NCBI GenBank assembly: GCA_029953675.1
Contig: JAMWBK010000011.1
Coordinates: forward strand, 682,001-746,000
DNA: 64,000 nucleotides
Reading direction: 5' to 3'
Source: Rhodosorus marinus CCMP1338
Lineage: Eukaryota > Plantae > Rhodophyta
A program made the translations under genes and the position numbers. The notes under the pieces are model-generated. The model was not told the DNA's origin. It made no database searches and saw nothing but the letters and a program-made list of their open reading frames with translations. Shown here piece by piece: positions 22,577-34,662 of the stretch (position 1 is its first letter; each line of letters begins with the position of its first letter).

Positions 22577-24939
22577 ATGGCATCGATGAAACCTGCACTG
22601 GTTTCTGAAGGCGTGACTGAAGGTGAAAAAGGGGATGTGGCGGCCAAGGGGTCTGAGTGCTCTTCCTCGACGGGTGAAGGGGATGTTGTGAGCGGTGAGG
22701 ACGATCAGGTTCCGTCTGGGTACCAGGCCTACGGGACGACCTTTGATGGGAGGCGGTTCCTGGTTCCCGAGACGATCGATATGTTCGAGCTGCTGTTCAC
22801 GCCGAAGAACTGGGGCCTGGGCGAGATTTTTGTGGTGCTGGTGAACACGTTTAACACCTTGACGATGGTCTTGAGCGGATATATTCCTACTTGGTACTTT
22901 GTTGTGACGTTTCTGTTCTGGAGAGTTTGCTATAACGTCGGAATCGGGTATATCCTGCGCCAGCAGAGTCGAGACTTTGGATTTGATCGTTTTCTGGACG
23001 GCTTGAGGCCGGAATGGAACGCTCTGCTGCGTAAAATCGCGACCACAAGCATCTCCCGAAAGCTCGAGAAAACTGGTCAAAAGGGTGCGAAATTTGACCG
23101 GGAGTTTGAGTCCTGGATGGTTTTTAGGCTGATCTCGACGATGATACTCTCCAACGACGGACAGACATACTGCATCCTTGCGTGGAAGTTGCTGCAGATG
23201 CCCGCCGTGGAGGACATCACGATCTGGCACATTTTCTGTTTCGTGTTTGGAACTATGGTCTGCGTCCTCTCCGTGTTTGCGAAAAGGGACGCTCACGATT
23301 GCGTCGGAGACTACGCATGGTACTGGGGAGACTTTTGGTTCCGACTCGAGACCAGTCTCACCTTCGATGGCGTCTTTGAGCTGTTCCCCCACCCCATGTA
23401 CACCGTCGGGTACCTCACCTACTACGGCCTGAGCCTGATCACAAGATCCCATACGCTCCTCGTCGTATCCCTAGTCGCGCACTCGCTACAGATCTTCTTC
23501 CTGGCGTTCATCGAGGAGCCTCATATGCAAAAAATCTACGGTTCGGAAGAGGAAAAGGCGAAGAAGGTAGGCAAAAAAAGATCCAAACGTGGACACAGGA
23601 TGCCCCGGTCTTGCTCCTTGATCTTCTCAAACCCCATGGCCTTCCTCTCTGCCCATTGACGACACCGAAAAGCAGGTTAAGACAGGACGCGATGAGCTTT
23701 TTGGCCTCGCAAACTTCTTCCCTTACCGATACGCAGATATCTCCACAGCCGTGCTGCTTGGCCAGATGGTAATGACGGCCCTGTTCCTCAACTTTGGAAG
23801 CAACTTCTACACCCTACAGCTGTTTATCTGGCGGACCGCGCACTGGATGGGGCTCGGCACGATCATGTACTTGCAGTCAACCGGACAGTTCTGGACGAAC
23901 AAGTTTGCCAGTCGAGGCTATACCCGCGACGAGGCGTTTGGGGAGTGGAGGAAGCTCTTCAACACGTCCACAATCATGAACAACGCGGCGTTCTGTGCTT
24001 TTGCGTTTAGAGTCGTGGGGCTGCCGTATCAGGACCTGCTCCACGCGCTGCTCCCGGAAAACCTCGCCTGTATCGTGGGCGGCATGCTCCTCATCGCCAG
24101 CTCGCTCTTCGTGGTCACCTCGGTCAGCGAATCGCTTGGACCCGATTCTTGGTACTATGGGGACCTCTTCCTCGAGCTGAAGACCCACGAGCCCAACTAT
24201 GACGGGCTCTACCGATACATGGACAACCCGGGATCCGCGTTTGGATACTTGGGTGACTACGGGCTGGCGCTGCTGTTCAAGTCGTGGCCGCTGTTCTGGA
24301 TCTCCTTCTGCTCGCAAGTTTTGAGCTTTGCGTTTGTGTTCATCGTGGAAGTTCCGCATATGAGAAGGTACTACAAAGACGTGAGGGAATCGGCGGGGGT
24401 GCAAAAGCTCGTCAATGAGCAGATTTCGAAGATCTATGAAGTGCCTACGATCAAGAAGCTCACGGATGGGGTAACGGTAGGCGTTGCCGGAGCAGCTTTG
24501 ACACTTTTTCAGTCACTCGTCTTCGTGAGAATGCTAACAAGCCACTGTTGTTTTGTTGATTACGCAATGCGCGTTCTAGATGAGAACTGTGAAGAGCTGG
24601 TCAAAACTTCGCGAAGCCGTCGAGAGCCAGAATGAGACGTTTGCCGTGTCCGCAAGAGAAGCAAAGGCGAAGCTCCTGAATAAAAGGGCAGACGTGATCA
24701 CGGAAATTAGAGCGGTTGCCGAATACCTAAAGAACCACCAGGTTGCCGTCCACGCTAGTAATTTGTCGGACCGAGCGCAGCAGCAGCTGAGGTATCTCGA
24801 TCAGGAGATTTTGGAGCTGGCGAAGAGGGCAGGACTGCTCGCAGAGCACATTGAAGTTGCTCAACAGGGACATGAGAACGGTTTTGGTTCTTCCACGGAG
24901 GGAGTTGTGCCTGATGAGTCGGAGAAGAAAACTCAGTAG
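22577..24939 (+). CDS. CHO2: Phosphatidylethanolamine N-methyltransferase, Cho2/Pem1 type; exons 22577-23566, 23676-24470, 24580-24939
   Basis: YNVGIGYIL, EFESWMVFR, GDYAWYWGDFWF, FDGVFELFPHPMYTVGY, FIEEPHMQKIYG, and a second repeat WYYGDLF...GLYRYMDNP...VEVPHMRRYY. GT-AG introns in phase. Confidence 0.9.
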
Positions 24940-24984
24940 ACCTTTCGGATGGGGTTCTCAGCCCAGTTTGAAAATGATCGGAAA

Positions 24985-25181
24985 CCGGAGCACTGCCTTG
25001 TATACTATACTGTGCTGTATCTGTTGTATTGAGGTGCCGATCGGAGGCTCTCCGAAAACAGAATCTGTGGACCTGTTAAGGTGTGCGACGGGCACCTTTC
25101 GTCCCTCAATTATGCACACTAGGGAGTATTCAGACGATCAAAAATCAACCGCGAAAAAGCTGAATTTTGTCGACCCCAGAC
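24985..25181. repeat. Diverged ~200-bp direct repeat, copy 1 (downstream of tRNA-Tyr)
   Basis: Anchors ccggagcactgccttgt (24985), tctccgaaaa (25049) and tcaattatgcacactagggagtattca (25106) match 26264, 26323 and 26379 at offsets 1273-1279. Confidence 0.75.
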
Positions 25182-25469
25182 GCGCGGGCAAACCCCCGAA
25201 AGAGGGCTTGCTACCGAGAAAGGCTTAGATATTGCGTACCTTTCGAACGAGACCCGTCTGGTGTGGACGGCCAGAATCGCGTGCGCTTCGGAAACGGATA
25301 ATGGCACGTTCCAACAGAGCGAGATATTTGCTCAGCTATCCACCAGGCATGAGAATTAAACTTGCAAAACATTCAGCAGTGTTCGAAAACAATTGAATAG
25401 ACCTCCAAGTATCTTCGAGTGAGCCAGTTAGTTTCGGGGGAAAAACGGACATGAGCAAAAGAGATTCAC

Positions 25470-25552
25470 TCTCATCTGCCGGAATCGAACCAGCGACCCT
25501 AGGATATCTGCACAACTACAGTCCCATGCTCTGCCAACTGAGCTAAGATGAG
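25470..25552 (-). tRNA. tRNA-Tyr(GUA) with a 10-nt canonical intron (25506-25515)
   Basis: Cloverleaf: CTCATCT/AGATGAG acceptor stem, GCTC-AGTTGGCA-GAGC D arm, TGGGA-CTGTAG[TTGTGCAGAT]A-TCCTA anticodon arm, GCTGG-TTCGATT-CCGGC T arm. Confidence 0.95.
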
Positions 25553-25719
25553 TGGCATGTTGCAGATATGCCCTCTGCCATAACATACCGCGCATAGCAT
25601 GCAAATTTGTCTCGATTCAGAACAGGTTTTGCTTCTCACGTCCTGAAAAGCTTTAAGCTCTTTGCCATTGGTTCACTCCCCCGGAATAAGATCATTAATC
25701 CAGAAATTTAGAAATATAA

Positions 25720-25927
25720 TTGGTAAATAAATACCGGTTGTTCGTAATTACGATACTTAATTGGGTAATATACAAGTATTTTGAATCTTTAGCGGGTTCC
25801 AGCCGATTAAAGAATATTATTGGTAAGGATCATAAAGAGATATTCTTAGAAACCTTGGTATTGTCTATTAGAGTATTTAATTGGATGTTTAAGCTTATGT
25901 TCGTTAACAGCTCTTTCTATTGGCTGG
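25720..25927 (-). promoter_or_regulatory. CCAAT-box array / dispersed AT-rich repeat, copy B
   Basis: Minus strand reads CAGCCAAT...GCTTAAACATCCAATTAAAT, aligning with 55713 CAGCCAAT...GCTTAAAGACCAATTAAAT. About five CCAAT boxes. Confidence 0.45.
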
Positions 25928-26263
25928 AGCTATGTCCAAAAACGGGTATTCAATGAACTTGCTCAGCGACTAGCTATGAGGAAGGACCAAAACGCTCCTT
26001 CTTGGCAACTGGAAAGCCACATTGAAGGCTTTCTCAATTCCCAACAGACAGCAGACTGTCTCTTGAGCAGGTGCAGAGGGCCAGATTGCTCGCGGAGCAT
26101 ATGAAAGTTGCTTGCTGGAGACATAGGATGGGCTTTGATTGGAGTCCGCGCTTCTGGGAGGCCCCTAGACTCCGGTTCCGGGCGTTTTCGGAGAAGAAAA
26201 CCCTGTAGCTCTGACTCGCCAGGTAATGAGTCCCGTATGAGTCCGGTCTGAGGAGGTGGAGGA

Positions 26264-26454
26264 CCGGAGCTCTGCCTTGTGTACAGTAGTACTTTAGTGA
26301 TCATGGGGCTTCGATTGCTGGGTCTCCGAAAATAGGCTCTACGGACCCTTACCGTGCTCGACGTTCACTTATAGTCCTTCAATTATGCACATTAGGGAAT
26401 ATTCACCAAATCAAAAAGCTCAGAAAAGGTTGAAAACGCGTTGTCGTCTCTAAA
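26264..26454. repeat. Diverged ~200-bp direct repeat, copy 2 (upstream of tRNA-Tyr)
   Basis: See copy 1; central 27-mer is 25/27 identical. Confidence 0.75.
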
Positions 26455-26757
26455 GACTCTCGACAAGAAAAGATCGGCTCCCATTGCCTCCAATTCAAAC
26501 CGCCCTGGTCGATGTCGAGGCTAGATTTCGATAATACCCAAGCCGCATCGGATCAATTTCAGTCAGCTTCACGATGGTATCCTCAGCCTCAGCCTCCCTA
26601 CCCAGCCTCCGCAGGAGGTAGACCTAAAGTTCACAAAAGAAAGCCCAAACATCAGCAACAAGACTACCCACTCCTCTGGCTCCTTCAATCAAAGCGAAAC
26701 TGAACTGATGAAAAGCAATTCTGAAAATAATCAGCTGACTACCACGACCCAATCACT

Positions 26758-28096
26758 CTACTGACCCAGCAGTACCCGCGTAAGCCCACACACAACAACC
26801 GGCGAATGCCAACCGAAACCGGACACCGCTTCAGAACCCTCCAAGGGGGTGCAGCGTGTTCGCCGAATCCGTAGTTGCTCTAGCCAGGGGTTCCCTCGCA
26901 AAGCAACCTCAACGGAAGCTGATTCGCAAGCCCGATTCACCCAGACAGCCGCCACCCTTCCGTGTGCCAAACACAGTTGGCCATTGTCCCAGATTTCTTA
27001 TGACAGCTGTCCTTTCCGTCTAATAAATATTTCATATGGGACACTACGAGGCAACTGTCCCAAATCGGTTTTGGTTGGCGATGAGAGTTGGGTTTACCTT
27101 GGTTAGAAGTGCCCACTTTGAAAAAGGCTCGAGGTCGATGAGCTCCTGGCAAGCCTTGAGTTCGTTTTTTAGAAACTCGTCTTTGATGTTGAAAAGGGCT
27201 GAGGTTTTCCCCTCCGAGTAGTAAGGGGCACCGTTGAGGAGCCATCGGTAGTAGAACCATGCGCTCTGGGAGTCGGGGTCCGTGTAGAAGGCCTGGCGGA
27301 GGCGGTCGACCTCCTCGTCCAGGAGCTGGTCGAGCGCAGTCTTGTCTTGGATGGGAATGCCTTCGGCGAGGTTGACGCTTCGGTAGTGCCACGCACTGTA
27401 GTTGGAGAAGTCTGCGTTGATCTGCTGTTCAGTGTACTCTACCACTCTAGCCGGTTCGTGCTTGCCTGAACGTAGTTTCGACGAGAAGAAACGGTTAAAT
27501 CAGCGCTCTTCCTTCCTGCAAATTCGGATGTTGCCGATTTATTTCTTACCAGCAATCTTAGAGACTCTCTCCCAATGCGCCCAGGCGTGGAAGTTCCGCG
27601 CATCCATTTTGAGCATCTTCGAGCACAGTGCAAGCTCTTTCTCGAACAAACCCGTTCTCGTGGCAAGATCGATCTCCATGTCCTTGGCCTCCGCTAAAAG
27701 CCAAACACGGTGCTGCCATGTCGCGTACGCCTTGGGGTGCCGCAGGAGCGCTTTCTCTGTCAACCTAAGCTCATCGTTCCACACCTTCACCAGTCGATCG
27801 TGCGCCTCTCCTTTCAAGCTTAGAAGCCATTCCCTCCTGTAGTTCCAGAGCGTGTAGTCGTCAGGATTCGATTCCACTACTTTTCTCACCAGCGCCTCCG
27901 CCTAAAAAGAACCGAAGAACATACAGAAAACAATGAGCTAAAAATTTTCCCCACAGGAAACAACTCAAGTTCTCACCTCGTCAGAAAGATCCGCTTCAAC
28001 TTTGCACTCGAGTGCACGACGCCCAAGTTCAGACAACGATGACAATCGAGAGAGCTCCTCCGACGACGTCTCAGTCCCGTACATAATCCCATGCAT
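26758..28096 (-). CDS. RABGGTA: Rab geranylgeranyltransferase alpha subunit; exons 28096-27977, 27901-27550, 27465-27098; last exon(s) uncertain
   Basis: MHG start and prenyltransferase alpha repeats: NPDDYTLWNYRR, HPKAYATWQHR, DARNFHAWAH, DFSNYSAWHYR, DPDSQSAWFYYRWLL, EPFSKWALLT. The 3' end could not be resolved. Confidence 0.85.
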
Positions 28097-28664
28097 CGAG
28101 ATAATCCAATCCAAAACAATACCACGGCAACAGAAAGCCTACTGCCATCCCCCAACCCCTCAACTCGCCCCAAGCACCAGCACCTCTTCTAGCTCTCACC
28201 CAGTTCGGTTGCGTGCTGCCCATCGCGTCCCCATCGGGCAGCACACCGGCCCGTCTTCTCGAAGAAGATAGACCAGGTCTGTTTCAGACTTCTCTACCTT
28301 CTTCACGTAACAAGACGACAGTAGCTTAGCAAAGTCGATCATCTTCAAGCAAAAAAAACAGGCTAAGTTGTTTCGCTGCCCTTTGGGCAGCAGTTGTTGA
28401 GTCTTCTGAACGAGAATGAGATAAGGGAGCTGTTTTTGCTTTGTGGCCGCCTTCTTGGCAGCCGTGTAGAAGGTCTTCTTCACCAGGGGTAGTTCAGGAT
28501 GAAGATACCCCGCGATAAAAGTGGTAAGGCATTTTGCACCGGGGTGGGGAGAGTGAGTATTCTGCGCTGCCCTGCGGGCGATTGATGGCTGTGGCTTTTG
28601 TCTTGAGGGAGTGGGCAACTCGGGTTGATGTTTTCTGACCGAGAGTTGGGCGTCTTTGGAAGCG

Positions 28665-30298
28665 ATGGGAGGTCGAGATCGTGTTCGTGTAAAGCGTGTG
28701 TCCGAGCTGGTGTCTTCGTTGGAGGCAGTGGCGTTGACAGAAGCGAAATGGGAGCGAGATCGGGTCGGTGCTTTGAGAGATCTAGTGAGGGCGGAGGAGG
28801 AACTTATGAGAGCACAGGGTGGGGTTGGGATGGGGGTTAGTGGGAGCTTTGGGGATCGCTGGGAGGTGTTTGAGGAGTGGGTGAACAAGTTCGGGGTGGA
28901 TACAACAGCATTCCGGGCTGAGGTGTGCGGGGGCCAGGGTGTTGGGCTTGTCGCAGAACGGGATATCCGAGAGGGAGAGAAGCTGATCTATGTTCCGAGG
29001 CAGTTGATGATAACAGCGGACATTGCTCTGAAGAACGCGGACATGGCGCACCTCTTCCAGACGGACATCCTGCTGAGGAGGATCGAAAGCCTCGCACTGT
29101 CCATGTGCGTGCTTCGGGAGCGTCTGCTCGGTTCCCAATCTAAATTCGCGCCGTACCTTGACATCATTCCGCAGGAGTTTTCCACCCCCTTATGGTTCTC
29201 GCCAGATGAAGTCGTAGCTCTGAAGGGCTCTCCCGTCCTTGACAAGGTCACCAACAGAGTCAGGGGTCACGCAAGGCAGTACTGCCACTTGTACAATGTT
29301 GTAAAGTCCGGTGCCGTCGTAAGAACTTCCCAAACCTTCTTCCCCGTTTCAACCCAAGGCGAGGGTCGCTTAGAATTATCCCTTGTCATCCTATTCTCGC
29401 TCTCCGCAGCCGAGCATTCCACCAACCCAGTTCACGTTTGAGCTATTCCGCTGGGCCGTGAGCGTAGTCATGACCCGACAGAACATGGTCCCGACTTCCA
29501 CTGGAGGGGAAAGCCTAGCACTAATCCCACTCTGGGACATGATCAACCACAGCCAGGGCGAGTACACCACGCAGTACGACCTGGCGCGGGATCAAGTGGA
29601 GTTCTTCGCGATGACCAACACGCCGAGGGACAAGCAGATTCTCATGTTCTACGGGCCCAGACCAAACTCGGAGCTTCTCCTCCACGCCGGTTTTGTACAC
29701 AGAGAGAATCTGCATGATGCGCTGGAGGTAAAACAAGGCCAATCTACAAACCGGAAGCCCCATCGTCGCTGATGGGGCGCGAGAGAAGGCCAAGCGCGGC
29801 CTGAGGAGCTCGTCTCAAAAGCAGTTCCAACGTGACATTCCCTCACAGGTTAGAATAGAAGTCGATACGAAGGAGCCATTGGCTCGAGTGAAGCTCCTTC
29901 TTCTGGAGAAGCAAGGCGTAGCGCTGGTGAAATCCTACGGAGAAAACGGACCTGTTCAAGTCGTCGGAAGCGTAGATGTGAATGGACAGCTGTCCAAGGA
30001 GCTCGTGGCATTAGGTCGCGTGGTTTCGATGGACAAGGCGGATGTCGAGGCTGCGCTTCGAGACGGATCGAGTCTGTTTGAGAAGGAGAGGCCAGGGTGT
30101 CTGAGGGAGGAAGTGGAGGCCGAGTCTCGCGTGTGGCTCAAGGAGGTCCTGGAGCAGAGGCTGGCCGAGTACGAGGGCGCCGTTAGTGGTGAGGAGGAGA
30201 ATGATGCGGGGCAGACTCAGTTTTATGCGATGGCGAGGTCGTTGTGTCGGCTTGAGGTTGTGATGATAAGAAAAGCTATCGACGACCTGTCGAGTTAG
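28665..30298 (+). CDS. SETD3: SETD3-like SET-domain methyltransferase with LSMT substrate-binding domain; exons 28665-29318, 29410-29727, 29849-30298
   Basis: FRWAVSVVMTRQN, LALIPLWDMINH, FYGPRPNSELLLHAGF and ARQYCHLY closely follow SETD3 motifs. Two phase-0 GT-AG introns. Confidence 0.85.
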
Positions 30299-30499
30299 AA
30301 CGTCCGAGCTTTTTTGGTCTGTCCTCTGTGAACGCTGTTCTCAGCCAAGGCTTTAAAGCGAGTATGAGCAAACGGTGTGGGTAATTCAGGCTGCAATGGT
30401 ACGTGCGTGACTGTAAACTATGAAACTCCATCGGATAGTCCTTTCATCGCGACAATGCCGTTTTGTTTTGGATGGGAATGCCTTCAACCGGTATATCCC

Positions 30500-31054
30500 G
30501 TACTCTCGGAGTGCGTTGGTCAGGTCTGCACATAGCTGCCGGATTGAAAGTGTAAGGAGAAGAGTTTAATCAACATTTGCGAAGAATGTAGTGCCCCCAA
30601 CTTCCACTAACTCTCTTCACGTGCTTGCGAGATCTAGTGGCTGACACCGAGGTGTTGTCACAAGATATTCACTGCGCTGTGAAACGGAGGGCGTTGTATT
30701 ATTTAACATCTGCTGGCAGTACTACAGCATTGAGCATCTGCGAACAAAAACAAACTGATTCCTTGCACTTTCAAGCAAGGATCCACAGGGCAAGTTGACC
30801 CGGGAAATTCCCACAGCACAACTACGTTGAGCCTCCGTAAACAAAACGATCCTTACTATTTGTCCAGCGGCTGCGAACCGGTATGCCACCGGGTGGAAGC
30901 AGAAACATGTAAGCACCCAAATGCGCGGACGGGAGGGGAGGCATTCGAGCGAAGCCCTCACCTGAATATACCGATGACAAAGTATTCCAGATCCCGGAAA
31001 TGCCACTGTGTGGTACGCATCATTCCTTCGAATGCAACCGGGTGATGGCAGCAC
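30500..31054 (-). pseudogene. Decayed finger-less copy of the zinc-finger-family domain
   Basis: SCAVGISRVNLPCGSLLES..FVRRCSM[1-nt shift]CSTASRC aligns to LACVSVRVERKTGKVLEQ..LQRTCSFCSLRTSC, and the downstream SGSWGHYIL aligns to DGVWNAFIL. Confidence 0.45.
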
Positions 31055-34000
31055 TCAGATAACCTCTGATGGCTGAGACGAAGATACTAGCCCCTTTTCT
31101 GGCTGTGAAGGTTGCACATCCAGTTTAAACGCACCTAAATATCGCTCGTTACTTGAGCCCAGAGCCCTCGTGGTAACTACCCTGGCCCTCACTCACTTTA
31201 CGACCAACGATGCCATCAGCCTGACACATCAACACACCCGAAACAACAGAATCTAAGAAGTAAATACCCTTTAATAGGAACCATGCACCTAGATAAATCA
31301 ATTGAAAAATATTTACGTCAAATTGAGCTCTAAATTAACACTTCGATGAGTCCAAAGAAGAACAGCCCTCGACCGTGGTTGATGCGTTGACATCCCCTCG
31401 CCCTAAAGCCAGGACGAATGTAGAAAATCAAATACAATTCGGTCATTTCGTTTTGGAGATACGTGAGTGATTATTACAGTAAAAAAACGCCTTACCGATA
31501 TCATTAATTTGATATTTGTTAATATTATTAGAGGTCAGTGGTTTTAGCGTATTTTTTATAGCGTAATTTTCGGGTATGTGAGGGTGTGTAGTTTTTAGAA
31601 GAAAATTGGTTGATATTTTGGAGCATGGCGGGCGTTCCATCTCTCCGTCTTGAGCTCTATTTGAGGTCATCAAAGGGTTTTGCTACCCTTGGTGAAGGAC
31701 TAGATCCGGTTGACGCCGATGAACAGCACCCGTGTAAGACAAATTTTGATGTTAACAACTACACACACACAAACAAGATTTACCTTTGGTGGAATAGAGG
31801 TGATCCCTAGATGGTGTGAGCGGCATATGCAAGTTAGGTAGGGTTTGGTCTGTAATCTTTCCCCCAGCACAACTCCTTCGAATGCCAGGGTCTGAACTTG
31901 TCTCTGTTAAAAGGCTTCGTGGTTTTTGGTCCCAGGACGGAAGGTGAGCTCTTTCCTTAGGCACTTGGAAAGGATCCTCTTGCACTGAAATGGGTTATCT
32001 TATTTCAGCTCTCGCGAGTATTCTTGCAAACATTAAGGGAACTGCAATTTTAACGCAACGGTTGCGCTTGGTGTGACGATATACGGCACGAAATTATTGT
32101 TTATAGAACTTTGCGTTTACAGCAGAAGCGCTGAAAAGGGGAAGAAACCAGAACCAGCGGACAGAGAAGAGTTCCGTTGGAGCAGCATTCTTAGAAGAGA
32201 AGGACCCAATCGCATGCATTGTTTTCCTCTTGTTTTCTTTTGCTCATGGTCGTGCAACATGTCAACTTCCAATCAACAGACTTGCCCTTTGAGCCTGAAA
32301 GCACCCGAGAGGATTGTCCGCAAGGCTCAAAAGTTCAGTTCTTACGAACAATTTGCAGTGAACAGAACCGCAGACTTCGTGCAAAGTTTTCAAAACACAC
32401 CGCACAAATCCCTAGGGCGCGTCCCAATCCTGGATGCGCAAAATAGAATGATGTACGGCCATCCACGCTGGGATCCTTGTGGGGTTCGAGTGAACGAGGC
32501 CAGTGCAAAATTCTTGCCTCACTAATCTTTGTGGAGGGGGCGTAGGCAGCTTCAAAAAAAGGGCTACATGTTCAAAGATTCATCGTACAAACAAGATAAT
32601 CTACGAGGAGAGTGAAGGCCACGTTACCCCCTAACCGCTCCATTTTGTGTTTTGCCAAACTGCAGCCATCTCCACCACCGGTAAACCTTTTGTCTCAACG
32701 ACCACCTTCCCAATACGTCAGCTTCTCAACTACCCGAAGAACCGGAAAAAAAGAGGCGAGGATCCAAAAGCTCGAGATTTGACAGAAAATCCTCGAAACA
32801 TTTTAATTAAACATTCCCACAAAACTCTCATAGGAATTCCCAGGTCAGAATCATCGAGAAAACCATCACAACTTTCGTAGGGCGAGGGAGTTCCAGTCTA
32901 GACCTCCCTCATCCCGCACATCTCCATAAATATTTGAATTGCTCTTGAATAATCACCCTACGCGATCCAATAAGGGTAATAATTATCCAAAACAAGCTAA
33001 ATAGAAACATATCATCCTACTCTAGGATTTATTTTTCTTTGAATAAGATCGTAGTCCATTTCCAGCATCCCTCGCCCTTTCCAAACAGTAGATTAATATT
33101 GAATATTTCAAGATCCAGGGGACCTGCGTAAGCGCAGTATCTAAATGTAGAGTATGCAAACAGGAAGAACTTCTCTGCGGTTGATCAACCAATTGGGATG
33201 ATGTTGTTTGAGTATATGTCAAAACTAACAAAAACTCGAAAATCCCTCGCCAGTGCTTCGTTTTCCATCACGCAGCTTCTCGGAAACAGCACTTTACTGA
33301 AAGCCCTTTTCGAATCCGCTAGAAACTCTCCCAAAATCTGACTATTTTCTTTCGAAAAAAAAAGAGGAAGAAGAAAACGATGAATTCCCCAAACAGCTGG
33401 CACGCTTCCATGACGTTAGAAACCCACCTCTGCCATCGGTACCATTTTTGTAGGGTCGGCTTACTTTCAATATTATTTTTTTTCCAGAAATATATTGGAA
33501 GAGACGGTCTCAGTTCACACGCAGTTGCGATGGGCGAGGATGGGACTTTGGAACGGTTGTCGGAAAAATGATTCTACATTATTAATATAGAGTCTAGAAT
33601 ATGATTTAAATAGGTTTTAAGGAAATAAAATTATCGACTATAGTCTATTTATAAGAAATAGGCTCTAATAAATGATAGGGCCTGATAGCTTCCGTATTCT
33701 TTCAAATGAGGAGGTTCAGATTTAGAGGAAACGGCATCATAATATTCTTATTCAAGAATACAAGCTTGTAAAATATCTTATATTTAAAATTATAGATGCT
33801 AAATATGAATGTATTGTCATGTTTTAGATTCTTCTGTTGGCATTGTCCAGGTGTTCCCCTTACACAAGGACGAGGGGCGAGGGAACGGGGTAGCCAATTT
33901 TTCAACTGCTAAAAAAGAAAGTCTTCTTCTTCTTTCATCTAGTTTTCTTTAATTCGCTCCTCCACCCAACCCCGCCCAAAACAATCCTTTTTCTAAAACG

Positions 34001-34662
34001 TTCCATTCACCGCTTCAGTGGCTTTTGATAATATTCTTTTTCGAAAATAAATTAATATGATTCATCTGCAGGACGAGGGTTTGTGCACAGGATGCGTTTG
34101 TTTGAAGTTTTTTTTTTCGCTATCTCGGACGCTAATCGAAATGTTCTAATAGTTTTCACCATTCTCGATACTGCAAGTTGTTCTCGCGAAGACCTAAATC
34201 GTGTTTTTCCGAACATTTTATAAAGGACTGAGACTGGTCTAAACAGGTGAGGAAAAACGACGATATTGTATTTTGGTTATTTGTTAAAGGAAACTTCCTT
34301 TTTGGGAGGACGATGACGGCTTTTTCGGGGGTTTCGATGGAGGACCTAGTTGCACCGAAGCGAGGGCTATGGACCATATTGCACAGACAGACATTTTACA
34401 GTTCCCTTACGGCGACAAAACTTTTGATCTTTGGGGAGTGTCTCATCGCCAGAATCAGTTGGATCCGTCTTCTGTATCATCCAGCTGCGATGTTATATAT
34501 ATAGAGTTTACTGTGGGAGGTTGGAAGGGTCTGCGTTGGACTACCCACAGAGTCGTGGGTGGCGAGCAAAGATTTGGGGGAAGGAAAAGTTAGTTAGGTA
34601 CAGGGGATCTACTGAGGTGGGAGTGGACGGTGCTCTATGCTAGGTAGGGGTTGACTTTGGGT

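Noticed and set aside
22424-23452. 342-aa minus-strand ORF
   Set aside because: Antisense shadow of CHO2 exon 1.
28196-28888. 230-aa minus-strand ORF between RABGGTA and SETD3
   Set aside because: Overlaps the SETD3 start antisense; low-complexity, no motifs.
32073-32525. 150-aa ORF with TCPLSLK resembling the family KCPSTLK
   Set aside because: Too little additional similarity to call even as a relic.
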